Of a stretch of DNA of 64,000 nt, positions 9,118 through 18,891 are shown piece by piece; within the stretch, counting starts at the first letter, position 1; every line of letters begins with the position of its first letter. A program made the position numbers and the translations under genes. The notes under the pieces are model-generated. The model saw nothing but the letters and a program-made list of their open reading frames with translations, searched no databases and was not told where the DNA came from. Source of the stretch: Spirochaetia bacterium (GTDB taxonomy: Bacteria > Spirochaetota > Spirochaetia > SZUA-6 > Bin103). The stretch spans positions 768,479 through 832,478 of the forward strand of contig CBDAOI010000003.1 of assembly GCA_965198005.1 (NCBI GenBank), given 5' to 3'.

Positions 9118-9299
9118 AACGCCAGAGGAGGATGGATGGAAAAACCTCCATTTTCTTAAGCGATGCTATAATAGGCCAGGGCTATGTCCGGATTTGTCAT
9201 TGACGAAACTTAACCGCGAAGAATACGAGTAGAAGGACCCAAATCAAGTACCTAGTTCGCTGACTACTTTGACACCCATATTCGAATGGAGGAATTGAC

Positions 9300-9866
9300 G
9301 TGAACTCATCTAGTGAACAAGCTATTTTTGAAGACCGCTTCGATGGGGCGCTAGCCGAAGGCTGGTCATGGCTGAGGGAGAACCCGGACCGTTGGCGTAT
9401 TCGAGACAGCGGGCTGGAGATTTGCGTCGAGCCCGGTGACGCGGCTACGGTCAGGAACGCGTTGCTCAGGCCCGCGCCAGACCGCAGCGCTGGCACATTT
9501 GCCATCGAAGTGACCGTTACCAACCACACCTATCCAACCCAGCCATATGAGCAAGCGGGGATCACCTGGTACAATGACGGCAAGCCGGTATTCAAGGAGG
9601 TGAAGGAGCTCCTCGACGGTGAGCTTTACATCATTCCCGGGCGGCAGCCGATGGCGGCGAAGAGCGTCCGACTGCGCTTGCTGGTTACCGCGGATTCTTG
9701 GGAAGCACAATATCGCCCCGAAGATGCGACAGAATTCCAAACGGCGGCAACAGGCGACCTTCCCCCGCCGGGCGACGACCAGGTGAGTATCCAGTGCTAT
9801 AACGGCCCGGCAGATGCGGCGCATTGGATTCGGTTCGAGCACTTCAGCATTACGTCATTAACCTAA
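9300..9866 (+). CDS. Hypothetical protein, DUF1349-like (concanavalin-type beta-sandwich).
   Basis: The pattern FEDRFDG…EGWSWLRENPDRWRIRDSGLEI…QAGITWYNDG resembles the DUF1349/YesU fold family. There is no catalytic signature. Confidence 0.45.
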   Translation: MNSSSEQAIFEDRFDGALAEGWSWLRENPDRWRIRDSGLEICVEPGDAATVRNALLRPAPDRSAGTFAIEVTVTNHTYPTQPYEQAGITWYNDGKPVFKEVKELLDGELYIIPGRQPMAAKSVRLRLLVTADSWEAQYRPEDATEFQTAATGDLPPPGDDQVSIQCYNGPADAAHWIRFEHFSITSLT

Positions 9867-9945
9867 CTTTTCTATGACAGGGACACATCGTCGGCTCTGC
9901 GCGCATGCGCTCTGCACGCCTGGGGACGTCAGCAGGAGGTGAGTA

Positions 9946-10383
9946 GTGTTTAAGAAGCTTGATCATATCGGCGTTGTAACTACGGATATGAAGAGACTCA
10001 TCGATTTCTATGAAGGAATCCTGGGTTTCAGAGTTCGAGAGAGATTTGAGGCCGAGGCTGGTAAGGGCTCGGCTCAGCTGAAAGAGGTGGCCAATCTCAC
10101 CCTTGAAGAGGGTGCAGTGATAGAACTGTTTTCGATCGACGCAGGCGCTCCACCTGATCCTGAATACAACGCACCACCATTCGAAGCGGGCTTTCGATTG
10201 ATGGCGATCGAAGTGGAGGATATGGATCAGGCTGTGGAATATCTCACCAGCAAGGGAATAGAAGTCCATAGAGCGCACCAGGCTAATCCAGCCAGGTGGA
10301 TCAAAGACCCGGACGGCAATATGCTCATCTTATTTCCCTCGATCGTGTATGAGAATTACAGGAAACTAGACAAGAAAGCGTGA
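9946..10383 (+). CDS. VOC (glyoxalase/bleomycin-resistance/dioxygenase) family protein.
   Basis: LDHIGVVTTDMKRLIDFYEGILGF is the typical N-terminus of the VOC fold. The protein is 145 aa. Confidence 0.75.
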   Translation: MFKKLDHIGVVTTDMKRLIDFYEGILGFRVRERFEAEAGKGSAQLKEVANLTLEEGAVIELFSIDAGAPPDPEYNAPPFEAGFRLMAIEVEDMDQAVEYLTSKGIEVHRAHQANPARWIKDPDGNMLILFPSIVYENYRKLDKKA

Positions 10384-10439
10384 TGGCCGGTTACCCACAC
10401 GAAACCCTGAAGAGCCTCAAACTCAAATGGTAAGTGGAT

Positions 10440-10887
10440 CAGCCAGGGTGAGTCGCAGCGCATTGTCGGCGAGGGGCTCGAGGGGACGAGCCGTTACGGT
10501 AAGATCGTCAACATCGCCTCGGATGCCGGCAGGCAGGGCAGCCCCGGAAACCCACCATACCACGTCTCCAAGGCCGGCGCGACCAGTCTGACACAGGCAT
10601 CCGCTCGTGGACTCGCCCCGTTCAACATCAATGTGAATGCCATCTGCCCGGGTAATCTGTGGACGCCCATGCAGGAGCGGATACTGGCTCGCCGGACGGT
10701 GCTGGAGGGGTCTCTCGGCGGCCTAACACCGCGGCAAGTCTTCGAGGCGTCTTCGCAGCGCATGCCGCTGGGACGCAGGCAGACGCCGGAAGACGTGGCC
10801 TATCTTGCAGTGTTCCTGGCTTCCGAATACGCCAAGAACATCACCGGGCAGGCCATAAACGTCAACGGGGGCATGCGCATGGACTAG
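10440..10887 (+). pseudogene. C-terminal fragment of an SDR (3-oxoacyl-ACP reductase-like). The N-terminal Rossmann half is missing.
   Basis: …GKIVNIASDAGRQGSPGNPPYHVSKAGATSLTQA…NVNAICPG…GQAINVNGGM carries the YxxxK and C-terminal motifs only. The open frame starts abruptly after the VOC gene. Confidence 0.6.
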
Positions 10888-11000
10888 GCGCACTCTTGTG
10901 CGTCCCGTCCGGCCCGGCGAGTATCCTCACGATGTCGTGGTAACGTTCCACCGGAATCACTGGAAAGGTTCACCGGAATACGCAGGACGGGGTTGTCATG

Positions 11001-11699
11001 TCAACGGCCGGCGCCCCTGAGCCGCGGGTCGAGCAGGTCCCGCACGGCGTCACCGAACATGTTCAGGCTGTAAACAACGATGGTCAGCGCGACGCCTGGC
11101 CATAAAGCCAACCATGGCGCGTGCTCCATGTACCTACGCCCTTCCCGGCTGAGCATACCTCCCCAGCTAGGAATGTTCGGTGGCAGACCGAATCCGAGGA
11201 AGCTCAGAGAGGCCTCAGATATAATCACCCCCCCGATGTTGATGCTGAAGATGATGATGAGGGGCGCCACAATATTGGGCAGGACATGCCGCAACAGGAT
11301 TTGGGTCGTGGGGGTGCCCACGGCCTCGGCTGCCAGAAAATAGTCATTCTCCTTAATATCGATAACGGCGCCTCGGAGTACTCTCGAGCCGCCGATGCCC
11401 CCTGTTATCCCCAAGACCAAGATGATCTGGGGCAGACCCCGCCCCGCTATGGACATGATGGTCAATAACAGAAGCAGGCCCGGAAAAGCCATCCAAGCAT
11501 CGACAAATCTTTGTACACCCAGGTCCAGTTTACCACCAAAGAATCCTGAAATGCCGCCTATCAGGACAGCCACCCCAACATTGAGAGTGGTCGCGGCCAG
11601 ACCGACGGTCAACGAAAGACGAGCCCCGTAGACAAGGCGGCTCAGGAGGTCTCGCCCCAAAATTGTCAGCAACACCCGCCTGATGATATAGGCTCTCAT
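11001..11699 (-). pseudogene. Chimeric permease relic: the first ~13 codons of a DppB-type permease joined in-frame to the C-terminal two-thirds of a DppC-type permease.
   Basis: MRAYIIRRVLLTI is the DppB start (compare 33174). The continuation …LGRDLLSRLVYGARLSLTVGLAATTLNVGVAVLIGG… aligns with the DppC-type protein 34194-35126 from residue ~75. This implies an internal deletion of ~1.2 kb. Confidence 0.7.
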
Positions 11700-11744
11700 G
11701 TCACAGCTTATTGAGCGTCCGCAGCAAAACCCGGTGCAGGGGCA

Positions 11745-12535
11745 TCAAAAAATAACCTCTACTCCTCTTTCTCGGAGCCCAGGGATATAGACTTCCTTCG
11801 ACGTCTCGCTCAAGGGGTTACCAGACAAACTTACAGTGTCCCCCTCAGAAAGCCCGCCGTTCTCCACCAGTGGTGAGATGTCGCTTATTTGGTTAAACAT
11901 AAGGTCGAGCTCGGTGAGATTAGTCAGGGAAGCTAGCGGTGCAATGTCGCTTATCTGGTTCAACGCAAGGTCGAGCTCAGTGAGGTTAGTCAGAGAAGCC
12001 AGTGGTGAGATGTCGCTTATCCGGTTCTTCCTAAGGGCGAGATTGGTGAGATTAGTCAGGGAAGCTAGCGGCGAGATGTCGCTTATCCGGTTGTCGTAAA
12101 GGCTGAGCGAGGTGAAGTTGGCGAGCGAAGCCAGTGGTGAGAGGTCGCTTATCCGTCCATAGTGGAAAACCAGCTCGGTAAGGTTACTCAAATACTCCAA
12201 TCCGGCGAGGTCGGTGATCTTGACTCTCGCATATCCCCTGCCTGATTCACGAAGCGAGGTGATGGTTTCCAGCTCCGAAACATGGATGGGACCTTGATGC
12301 TTCTGGATAGCTGCCCTTATGACTCTCTCAAGAGCTTCGTCGGGGATGGTGACCCCTTCGCCCACTTCTTCTGTAGCACTAACAGGTTCTTCTGCAGTAC
12401 ACTAACAGGTTCTTCTGCAGTACTTGCAGGTTCTTGTTCTTCTGCAGTATTTACAGGTTCTTCCGCAGGGCCACAGCCGGAAAGAGTGAATATCATTACG
12501 AAGACAACGAACAAAGGCAAGCATTTCCTATCCAT
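11745..12535 (-). CDS. Leucine-rich-repeat lipoprotein. An apparent frameshift or overlap falls in the N-terminal repeat region.
   Basis: The N-terminus is MDRKCLPLFVVFVMIFTLSGC (a lipobox). Four or more 22-aa LRR units follow (LASLTNLTxLxLxxNxISDISP). ORFs 12317-12535 and 11745-12365 overlap across a tandem DNA repeat (ACAGGTTCTTCTGCAGTA)n at 12370-12475. Confidence 0.6.
11860..12140. repeat. 66-bp coding tandem repeats (LRR units), four or more copies.
   Basis: The unit GGTGAGATGTCGCTTATC(C/T)GGTT…AGGTCGAGCTC(G/A)GTGAG(A/G)TTAGTCAG(G/A)GAAGC(T/C)AG(C/T)GG is reiterated. Confidence 0.8.
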
Positions 12536-12687
12536 CTGCGTCCACCTCCTGTTGCTTACCGCCCAAATTATACGCTGGCGCTCTATCCCGTTGCCCTGAG
12601 CAGAGGAACTGGGAAGCGCGCTTGCATTTCCTATCCATCTGCGTCCACTTCCTGTTGCAAGCGACAGCCTCCCAGCTCCCTTTTTCC

Positions 12688-14175
12688 CTAACGACCCATG
12701 GCGTTCTTCAGCTCACTATCGATCCAGATCCGGGCTTGGACGGTATTACGTTCACCCCATCCCATTCCTGCTTCACCGAAATAACCCTCGACCCACGGCT
12801 GGCTCACGGAAAACTGAGGGGACTTGGATTTGACTAGGCCCCAGTGCTCCCTCACAGTGATCTCATCGGCCTGTCTCAAAAGACTCCTATACTCCTCCAA
12901 GTCGGTAGTTTCTTGGGAGGCAAGATACAGGGCGTCCATACGCGGGTCCTTCGCTTTGTTGTAGCTCCAGCCAAAGTTTTGGCTAATCCCCTTCATGGGA
13001 TTCCAAAAGGTGACGCTGCTGCCGCCATTATATCCCCCTTGCACTAGCGCCCACTCGTGCGTGTCCGCGCTATTGTCAGCGTTATGCTCAGCGATAGTCT
13101 GCGGGACAAGCTCGCCTTCAACGCCAATGGCGTCGAAGTACCCCATGATGAGTTCTGCATAGTCTGTGGTGTACCTCTCAAAGGCCCTTACCTTGAGCTT
13201 GAATCTATAGCCGTCGGCGCCGCGGGGATACCCGGCCTCATCAAGGAGCTCCTCGGCCCTTTCGGGGTTATAGGTATATTCTTGCTTGACCTCCTCGGGC
13301 CACTCTTCATATGGCCAGGCCCACCCTTCTTCAAGATCTTGTCTCATTAACCCGGCAGGCGCTGGATCTCCATAACCCTTAAAGAAGCTGGCGGAATTTG
13401 CCTCGCGGTCCACTGACATCTGCAGTGCCTTGCGCACAATGGGGTCGGCAGTGGGCGGCAAAGCCCAGTTGAAAACGAAAACGCCGGCCGGTGCCCCAAG
13501 AAAGGGCCACACCTCGATTTCAGGGTTGGTCCGCTCGAGGGTCTCCAAATCGTCGACATTGTATATCCAAGAGTCGCCGAAGTTACCCATCACATCAATC
13601 TTACCCGTGCGGAATGCTGCCAGACGTGCTGACATCTCTTTCATCATCAGGGACCTTAACTCGTCAATATAGGGTAGGCGGTTCTCCGGGAATTTTTCGT
13701 CGTAGCCCCAGTAGTTAGGATTCTTCTCCCAGGTTACAGAGCTGCCGTCCACGTACTCAGTCAGTCTCCAGGGCCCGGTGCCGACCAGGTTCCTCCAGTC
13801 CTTAGCGTCTCCGTACTTCTCGATTACCTCGGGAGCGTACGCAACCCAGTAGGGGTTGAGCAGTTTCCCCAGCACATCGAGGGTAGGCTCCGTCAGCTTC
13901 ATAACTACCGTCCATTTGTCGGTGGCCGTTACCGATTCGAGACCTACACCCCAGGTGGTAGCAAATGTATGGGCGCTAGGTCCGGCCTCGGTGAAATCGC
14001 CCAGACCGAAATAGCGGTGATAGTTGTGTTCGACGTCATAGGCATCGAACTCCCGACCGTTCACCGGCTCCTTATCGTCCCAGTAAACGCCCTTGCGGAT
14101 GTTCCAGATGAACGTTGTGTCGTCGGGCATCGACCAGCTTTCAGCCAGAGCCCCTGTAGTCATCTCTGGGGTCAC
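12688..14175 (-). pseudogene. N-terminally truncated family-5 SBP (no signal peptide, ~100 N-terminal residues missing).
   Basis: It begins at …ALAESWSMPDDTTFIWNIRKGVYWDDKEPVNGREFDAYD…, which is residue ~75 of copy A. There is no upstream coding continuation. The post-stop hairpin region is conserved. Confidence 0.7.
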
Positions 14176-14978
14176 AATGGCGTAGTCTCTACCGTTCTGA
14201 AGCGCGCGGCGTGTGACTCACCGGGTTCACGCCGCGCGTGCGTGCGGTTCTTTGAGTATCACTTTGCACCTCCTTTCTTGAGCTATGCGGTGCCCTGACG
14301 GATGCCTGACGGAAGCTGTGTGTCTCGGGCCGGCGCTAGACGTAAGATGGGGTGCGCCGCGCGCAGCGCGTGTGCGCCCCATTAGGCAAACACCGACCGC
14401 TCGGCCAACGTCGGCACCTGCGTCGCGCCGCCTCGGGGGGCGGTGGTCGGCGGAGCAACGAATGTGATTGACCGGCAACGCCGGCGGTGGCTTTTGTCGG
14501 CAGTAAGTCGCGGGCGGGGATCCGGGACGGTTGCGGTGGTCAGTGAACGAAGGTGGACTCAGCCGGCACCACACGTAGCCGGCCGCTACCCCCTTGCTCA
14601 CGGCGCAGGCGCCCACCTCGGCGCGTACGGGGCGGTCAGCCGGAGGGGGGGGGGTAGGCGAGGATAGGACGCGCCGGTTGCGTTGCCGCTAGGAGCGTGT
14701 CGGCTGCCGCCGACGAGGTCCGAGCGGATCGGCGGAATAGACCGCCCCGACGCCTCGGGCGTCGGTTTATGGGGCGCCAACCGGTGGCTGCGCTGAGTAG
14801 TGTCATCAGGCATCGTTCGCATCCGTTCGTTACCCGAGACACTACCCTCGCACACCTGCGGCAACCACGTCAAGCGGCAATTGAAGGTTTTTTTCGATTT
14901 TTTGGATTTTTTGGTATCTTATGTGCCAGCCAGGCCAACGACCCACCACAATTGAGTGTCGTCCTAAAGTGTGCAAGC

Positions 14979-15734
14979 ATGGCCCCTATGCCGTTTTTTC
15001 AGCGAGGCGACGTCCGCATCCGTTACGAGGAGGCCGGCTCCGGCTTCCCCCTCCTGGTCACCCCCGGCGGTGGCCTAAACTCACGCGTCGACGGTTGGCC
15101 GGGAGCCGTTTTCAATGCCATGGATGCGTTTCAAGACGAGTTTCGCTGCATCACCATGGACCAACGCAACGCCATCGGTGGTGAGTCCACCGGGCCAGTC
15201 CCGGTCGACGATCCGTGGGGCGCGTTCGCCGGCGACCAACTGGATCTCATGGACCACCTCGGTATCGAGCAGTTTCTCTACATGGGCTACTGCATCGGCG
15301 GCCCCTTTGCCTTCAAACTCATGCAGCAGGCACCCGACCGCGTCGTGGCCAGCGTGCTGTGCCAGCCAGTCGGGCACCGGCCGGAGGACCGGGATGTCAT
15401 GTACAACTCCGGTCGCGATGCCTGGGCCCCCGAGCTGCGTGCGCAGCGCCCCGAGATCACCGCCCGCACGATCGAATCGTACCTCCACAACCTCTATCGT
15501 GCGCAGCCTGACTTCGTCTACAGCGTGTCCCGCGACTTCGCGCGATCGTGCCCCACGCCGATCCTGGTCATGCCCGATGACGCACCAGCGCACCCCTACC
15601 AGACATCCATGGACGTTGTCGCGCTGGCGCCACACGCCGAAGTTACTCCGTTCCCCTGGGCAGACCAACCCGAAACGCTAGCCCAGACCATCCAACAGGT
15701 GCGCGATTTCCTGCACGCCCACGAACCCACGTGA
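14979..15734 (+). CDS. Alpha/beta hydrolase fold protein.
   Basis: MAPMPFFQRGDVRIRYEEAGSGFPLLVTPGGG…MGYCIGG carries a GxCxG nucleophile-elbow variant. The longer ORF from 14697 is probably spurious GC-rich upstream frame. Confidence 0.6.
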   Translation: MAPMPFFQRGDVRIRYEEAGSGFPLLVTPGGGLNSRVDGWPGAVFNAMDAFQDEFRCITMDQRNAIGGESTGPVPVDDPWGAFAGDQLDLMDHLGIEQFLYMGYCIGGPFAFKLMQQAPDRVVASVLCQPVGHRPEDRDVMYNSGRDAWAPELRAQRPEITARTIESYLHNLYRAQPDFVYSVSRDFARSCPTPILVMPDDAPAHPYQTSMDVVALAPHAEVTPFPWADQPETLAQTIQQVRDFLHAHEPT

Positions 15735-15881
15735 GAGATTTGGGCATGTTCTTGGAGTCTCCGGGGGCGTAACCGAGGTGCGCCAGCGGCTAGCCGAAGG
15801 CTACGCGCGGGCCGGCTTCGTCCTGGCGTTTCATGGCTCGCCTGTGGCATCATGGCGCACAGAGGATCCACACGCACACAT

Positions 15882-16200
15882 ATGAGCAAGCACATGATAA
15901 CCGTCGCGGTGACCGGCTCGGTGCCGACGCGCGACCAACATCCCGGCCTCCCCCACACCCCCGCGGAGATCGCCGACGCCACCTACGACTGCTACCGAGC
16001 AGGCGCCGCCATCGTCCATATCCATGTGCGCGATCCCGAGACCGGGGTCCCCACCTACCGCCTCAAGCTATTTCGCGAGTGCGTCGAGAGGATCCGCGAC
16101 AAGTGCGACATCCTCATCAACCTGACGACCAGCGGCAACAACATCCCCCGTAAGAACGTCATTGAGGAACGGCTGGTGTTGCGTTGCGCGCCCCGAGCCG
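15882..16200 (+). pseudogene. N-terminal ~105-aa fragment of a BKACE-family enzyme (3-keto-5-aminohexanoate cleavage enzyme, DUF849).
   Basis: MITVAVTGSVPTRDQHPGLPHTPAEIADATYDCYRAGAAIVHIHVRDPETG…ILINLTTSGNN matches the BKACE N-terminal TIM-barrel signature. Homology stops at ~16200 where the putative transposon end begins. Full-length enzymes are ~280-310 aa. Confidence 0.65.
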
Positions 16201-16204
16201 AGGT

Positions 16205-16331
16205 TAGTTGCATGATAGATGGCGCGGAGTGTGGGCGGTGGTCGTTCCGTTCCGAGTGCGTCCCTGGTGCGGAACAAGGGAACAGCGGAACAGTGGTCGG
16301 ATGAGAGCGAGCAGGCAGGCGACGGGCGGGG
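16205..16331. repeat. Putative transposon terminal region with reiterated GTTCCG/CGGAAC motifs.
   Basis: CGTTCCGTTCCGAGTGCGTCCCTGGTGCGGAACAAGGGAACAGCGGAACAG lies between the truncated BKACE gene and the AAA_25/tniB/tniA module. No matching opposite end was identified in the window. Confidence 0.35.
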
Positions 16332-17273
16332 TCAGGCCGGCAGGTGCCAGCCGGCGGGGCTGCGGACGGCGAGGCCGCGCTGTTCAAGGGTTTGGAGGGC
16401 GAGACCGAGACGGGCGTTGTTGACGCGCAAGCGTTGGCGGAGGGCGGTCCTGGAGAGCGGCTGGCCGGCGCTGCGGAGAGCGGCGCGCACCGCCTCGGCG
16501 AGCGGGGGCGGCGGGGCGGCAGCACTGTCGACGAGCAGGGAGAGGGGCTGGTCAGCGCCGCCTGAGAGGCGCAGCAGGAGGGGATCGGGAGCGGGAGCGG
16601 CGCGGTGCTCGACGGTGAGTTGGAGACGGTCGTCGGGGCGCCGCACCAGATAGCAGGCGGAGTCGGTCCAGGCGTGCAGGTCGGAGGAGCCGCGCAGAGA
16701 CTGGCCGAGATTGCGGCGCGAGCGCTTGGCCATGTGGTGGACGAGGACCAGAGCGAGTTGATAGCGGCGGTTGAGGGCGCGCAGAAAGCCGAGCAGAGAA
16801 GAGATGTCTGAGGCGCTGTTCTCGTCGAGACAATGAAGTCGGACCAGAGGGTCCAACAGCAGGAGTATGGGACGGATCTGAGCCACGGTCTGGTCGAGCG
16901 CGAGCTGGTCGCGCTCGGTATCGAGGCGCAGCCGGTCGGAGGTGACGACGTGCAGGTCGAGGCGGGTTAGGTCCAGGCCGCGGTGGCGGCACAAGTGGGC
17001 GACACGGTCGCGGACGCGGGGCAGAGCATCCTCGGCGAGATAGACCAGGGCGGGACCGGTGGCCTCGACCGGGAACCGCCCGAGGGCTGGGGTGCCGGAC
17101 GCGACCGAGACCGCGAGATCAAGTCCTAGCCAAGACTTACCAACTTTGGGCTGACCCCCGATTGCCCCCACGGCGGCGGCGGTCCAGAGGTCGTGCACCA
17201 ACCACTGGGGGGTGTCGGATTGGGGATCGATGGCATGGACGGGAACGGTGGGCAGCGGTTTGGTCATGGCCAC
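16332..17273 (-). CDS. AAA_25 / RepA-like RecA-fold ATPase associated with the tni module.
   Basis: …GAIGGQPKVGKSWLGLDLAVSVASGTP… is a Walker A loop in the AAA_25 context. Its start overlaps the tniB stop by 10 nt (17264-17273). Confidence 0.6.
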   Translation of the reverse strand: MAMTKPLPTVPVHAIDPQSDTPQWLVHDLWTAAAVGAIGGQPKVGKSWLGLDLAVSVASGTPALGRFPVEATGPALVYLAEDALPRVRDRVAHLCRHRGLDLTRLDLHVVTSDRLRLDTERDQLALDQTVAQIRPILLLLDPLVRLHCLDENSASDISSLLGFLRALNRRYQLALVLVHHMAKRSRRNLGQSLRGSSDLHAWTDSACYLVRRPDDRLQLTVEHRAAPAPDPLLLRLSGGADQPLSLLVDSAAAPPPPLAEAVRAALRSAGQPLSRTALRQRLRVNNARLGLALQTLEQRGLAVRSPAGWHLPA

Positions 17274-18067
17274 AGGTACCTGCGAGCGGCGATCACGTCA
17301 CCGGCACTGACGGTGGTGGCGGGGGTCTTGGCGGCGTGCTGCAGCGCCGCCAAGGCCAAGCGGTCGATGGCCCGCAGGTTGCCGTGGCTCATTTCGAAGA
17401 TGGTTTCCTGAGCGTCGCCGTCGAAGGGATTGGTGCGAGCGCCGGCGAGGGTGCAGCGATGTTCGACGTAGGCGCAGGTCTCATCCCGGGAGAGCAGACG
17501 CAGTTCGGCGTAATGCGCCAGACGGTGCGCGATGCCGGTTTGTTCGGGGCGTCGGAGGAGCAGTTTCAGGTGTGGCTGGCCGGCGAGCACGAGGGACACG
17601 ACGAGGCGACTGTCCATTTCGAAGTTCGTGAGGACCCTCAACATGGCCAACGCTTCGGGGCGCAGATCATGGGCCTCGTCGAACAGGATGACCGGGCGCA
17701 GACCGTCGCTGGCGGTGTGTTCGAAAGCCTCCTGCAGCTTGCGCACCAGAGCGGGATAAATGCCGGTGGGAGAGAGGCCGCAGGCGACGGCGATTTCCTT
17801 GCACAGGTCACGCTTGGAGAGGCCGGTCACCTTGACGTAATGGACCTGGAAGCGCGCCTCCGGCAGAGCGGCGAAGAGCATGCGCAAGGCGACGGTCTTA
17901 CCGGTGCCGGCGGGAGCGATGAGGGCGGCGCTCATGCGCTCCTGCACCGCCTCGGTGAGTGCGGTGGCGACCTGTGCTTGAGGTTCGAGAGGGAACCGCT
18001 CGCGCACGGTCAACTCGCGGGTAAAGGGGGTCTTGCGGAAGCCCAGTGGGCTGAGGTCATGGCTCAT
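17264..18067 (-). CDS. tniB: TniB-type transposition ATPase (AAA_22 / ExeA-like).
   Basis: Motifs: LIAPAGTGKTVAL (Walker A), ILFDEAHDL (Walker B), LVLAGQPHL. Its start overlaps the tniA stop by 4 nt (18064-18067). Confidence 0.75.
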   Translation of the reverse strand: MSHDLSPLGFRKTPFTRELTVRERFPLEPQAQVATALTEAVQERMSAALIAPAGTGKTVALRMLFAALPEARFQVHYVKVTGLSKRDLCKEIAVACGLSPTGIYPALVRKLQEAFEHTASDGLRPVILFDEAHDLRPEALAMLRVLTNFEMDSRLVVSLVLAGQPHLKLLLRRPEQTGIAHRLAHYAELRLLSRDETCAYVEHRCTLAGARTNPFDGDAQETIFEMSHGNLRAIDRLALAALQHAAKTPATTVSAGDVIAARRYLWP

Positions 18068-18735
18068 GGGTGCTGCTCCTGGTCGTGTTGGTCGTCCTGT
18101 GGATCGCTATAGCCGCCCTCGGGGTCGACCAGCGGGCGCAGGTCGTTGGCGTAGGCGATGCCGGCCGCAGTGGCAGGCAGTTCCTCGCCGTCCTCGTCGG
18201 CGGTCGGTTGCGGCGCGCGACCGGAGCCGCGCGGCGCGGTCGCGTTGGCGTGGGGGTCCACCTCAGCCAGCTCGATCATGCGCCCCTGGTGCTGAACCCA
18301 CAGCCGACCGTCGAGCACGTGGCGTGCCACCTCGACCCAACTGGCAGCGCTGCGGCGCGGCGCTTCCCACAACCGACCGTCGGCCTTGATGACGTGATCG
18401 TTGGAGACCTTGTGCATGGCGCGCACCACGAAGCGGCGGTACAGATCGGCGTCGTCTGTGGGGAAGCGTAGGGGACGCCCTTGCTCCCAGCGCTGACGCG
18501 GGGTGGTATCCTTGCCCAGAGTCTCGTGTGGGGTGTCGTTGTAGCGGTCGAGGAAGTGGCGCAGGCGGAGCGTGAGTGCCTCGCAAGCGGGGTCCACGTC
18601 GGCGGCGCCGTCGAGGGACCGCAGCACCTGATCGTACGCGGTGCGGTTGAAGCGCTCGATGGCGCCGTGGCCCTCGGGATACCTGGTGGCGCCGTGGATC
18701 AGCAAGGCGCCCAGTCCGCCCTGGATCACGCTCAA
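18064..18735 (-). pseudogene. tniA: C-terminal part of a Mu/TniA-type DDE transposase (tniA) separated from its N-terminal part by the RIT insertion.
   Basis: …HGAIERFNRTAYDQVLRSL… is the rve catalytic-core C-terminus. The upstream sequence (18766 onward) is a RIT inverted repeat, not tniA. Confidence 0.7.
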
Positions 18736-18891
18736 CGTGTCGAGGGAGATGAATCCCGGGCCTTTATCAAGGAAATGCCGAATTCGGCATTACCTTGATT
18801 ATCCCGAAAAAAATGAAATGCCGAAGTTTGTCGGTAACTTGTTTCCACACAAACAGATAGCGTTGCAAACTTCGGCATAACATTGGGGCTC

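Noticed and set aside
14200-14980. Long GC-rich ORFs (14697 extension, 14227-14616 and others) upstream of the alpha/beta hydrolase
   Set aside because: They are Arg/Ala/Gly-rich with no domain signals. Hydrolase homology begins only at MAPMPFF (14979).
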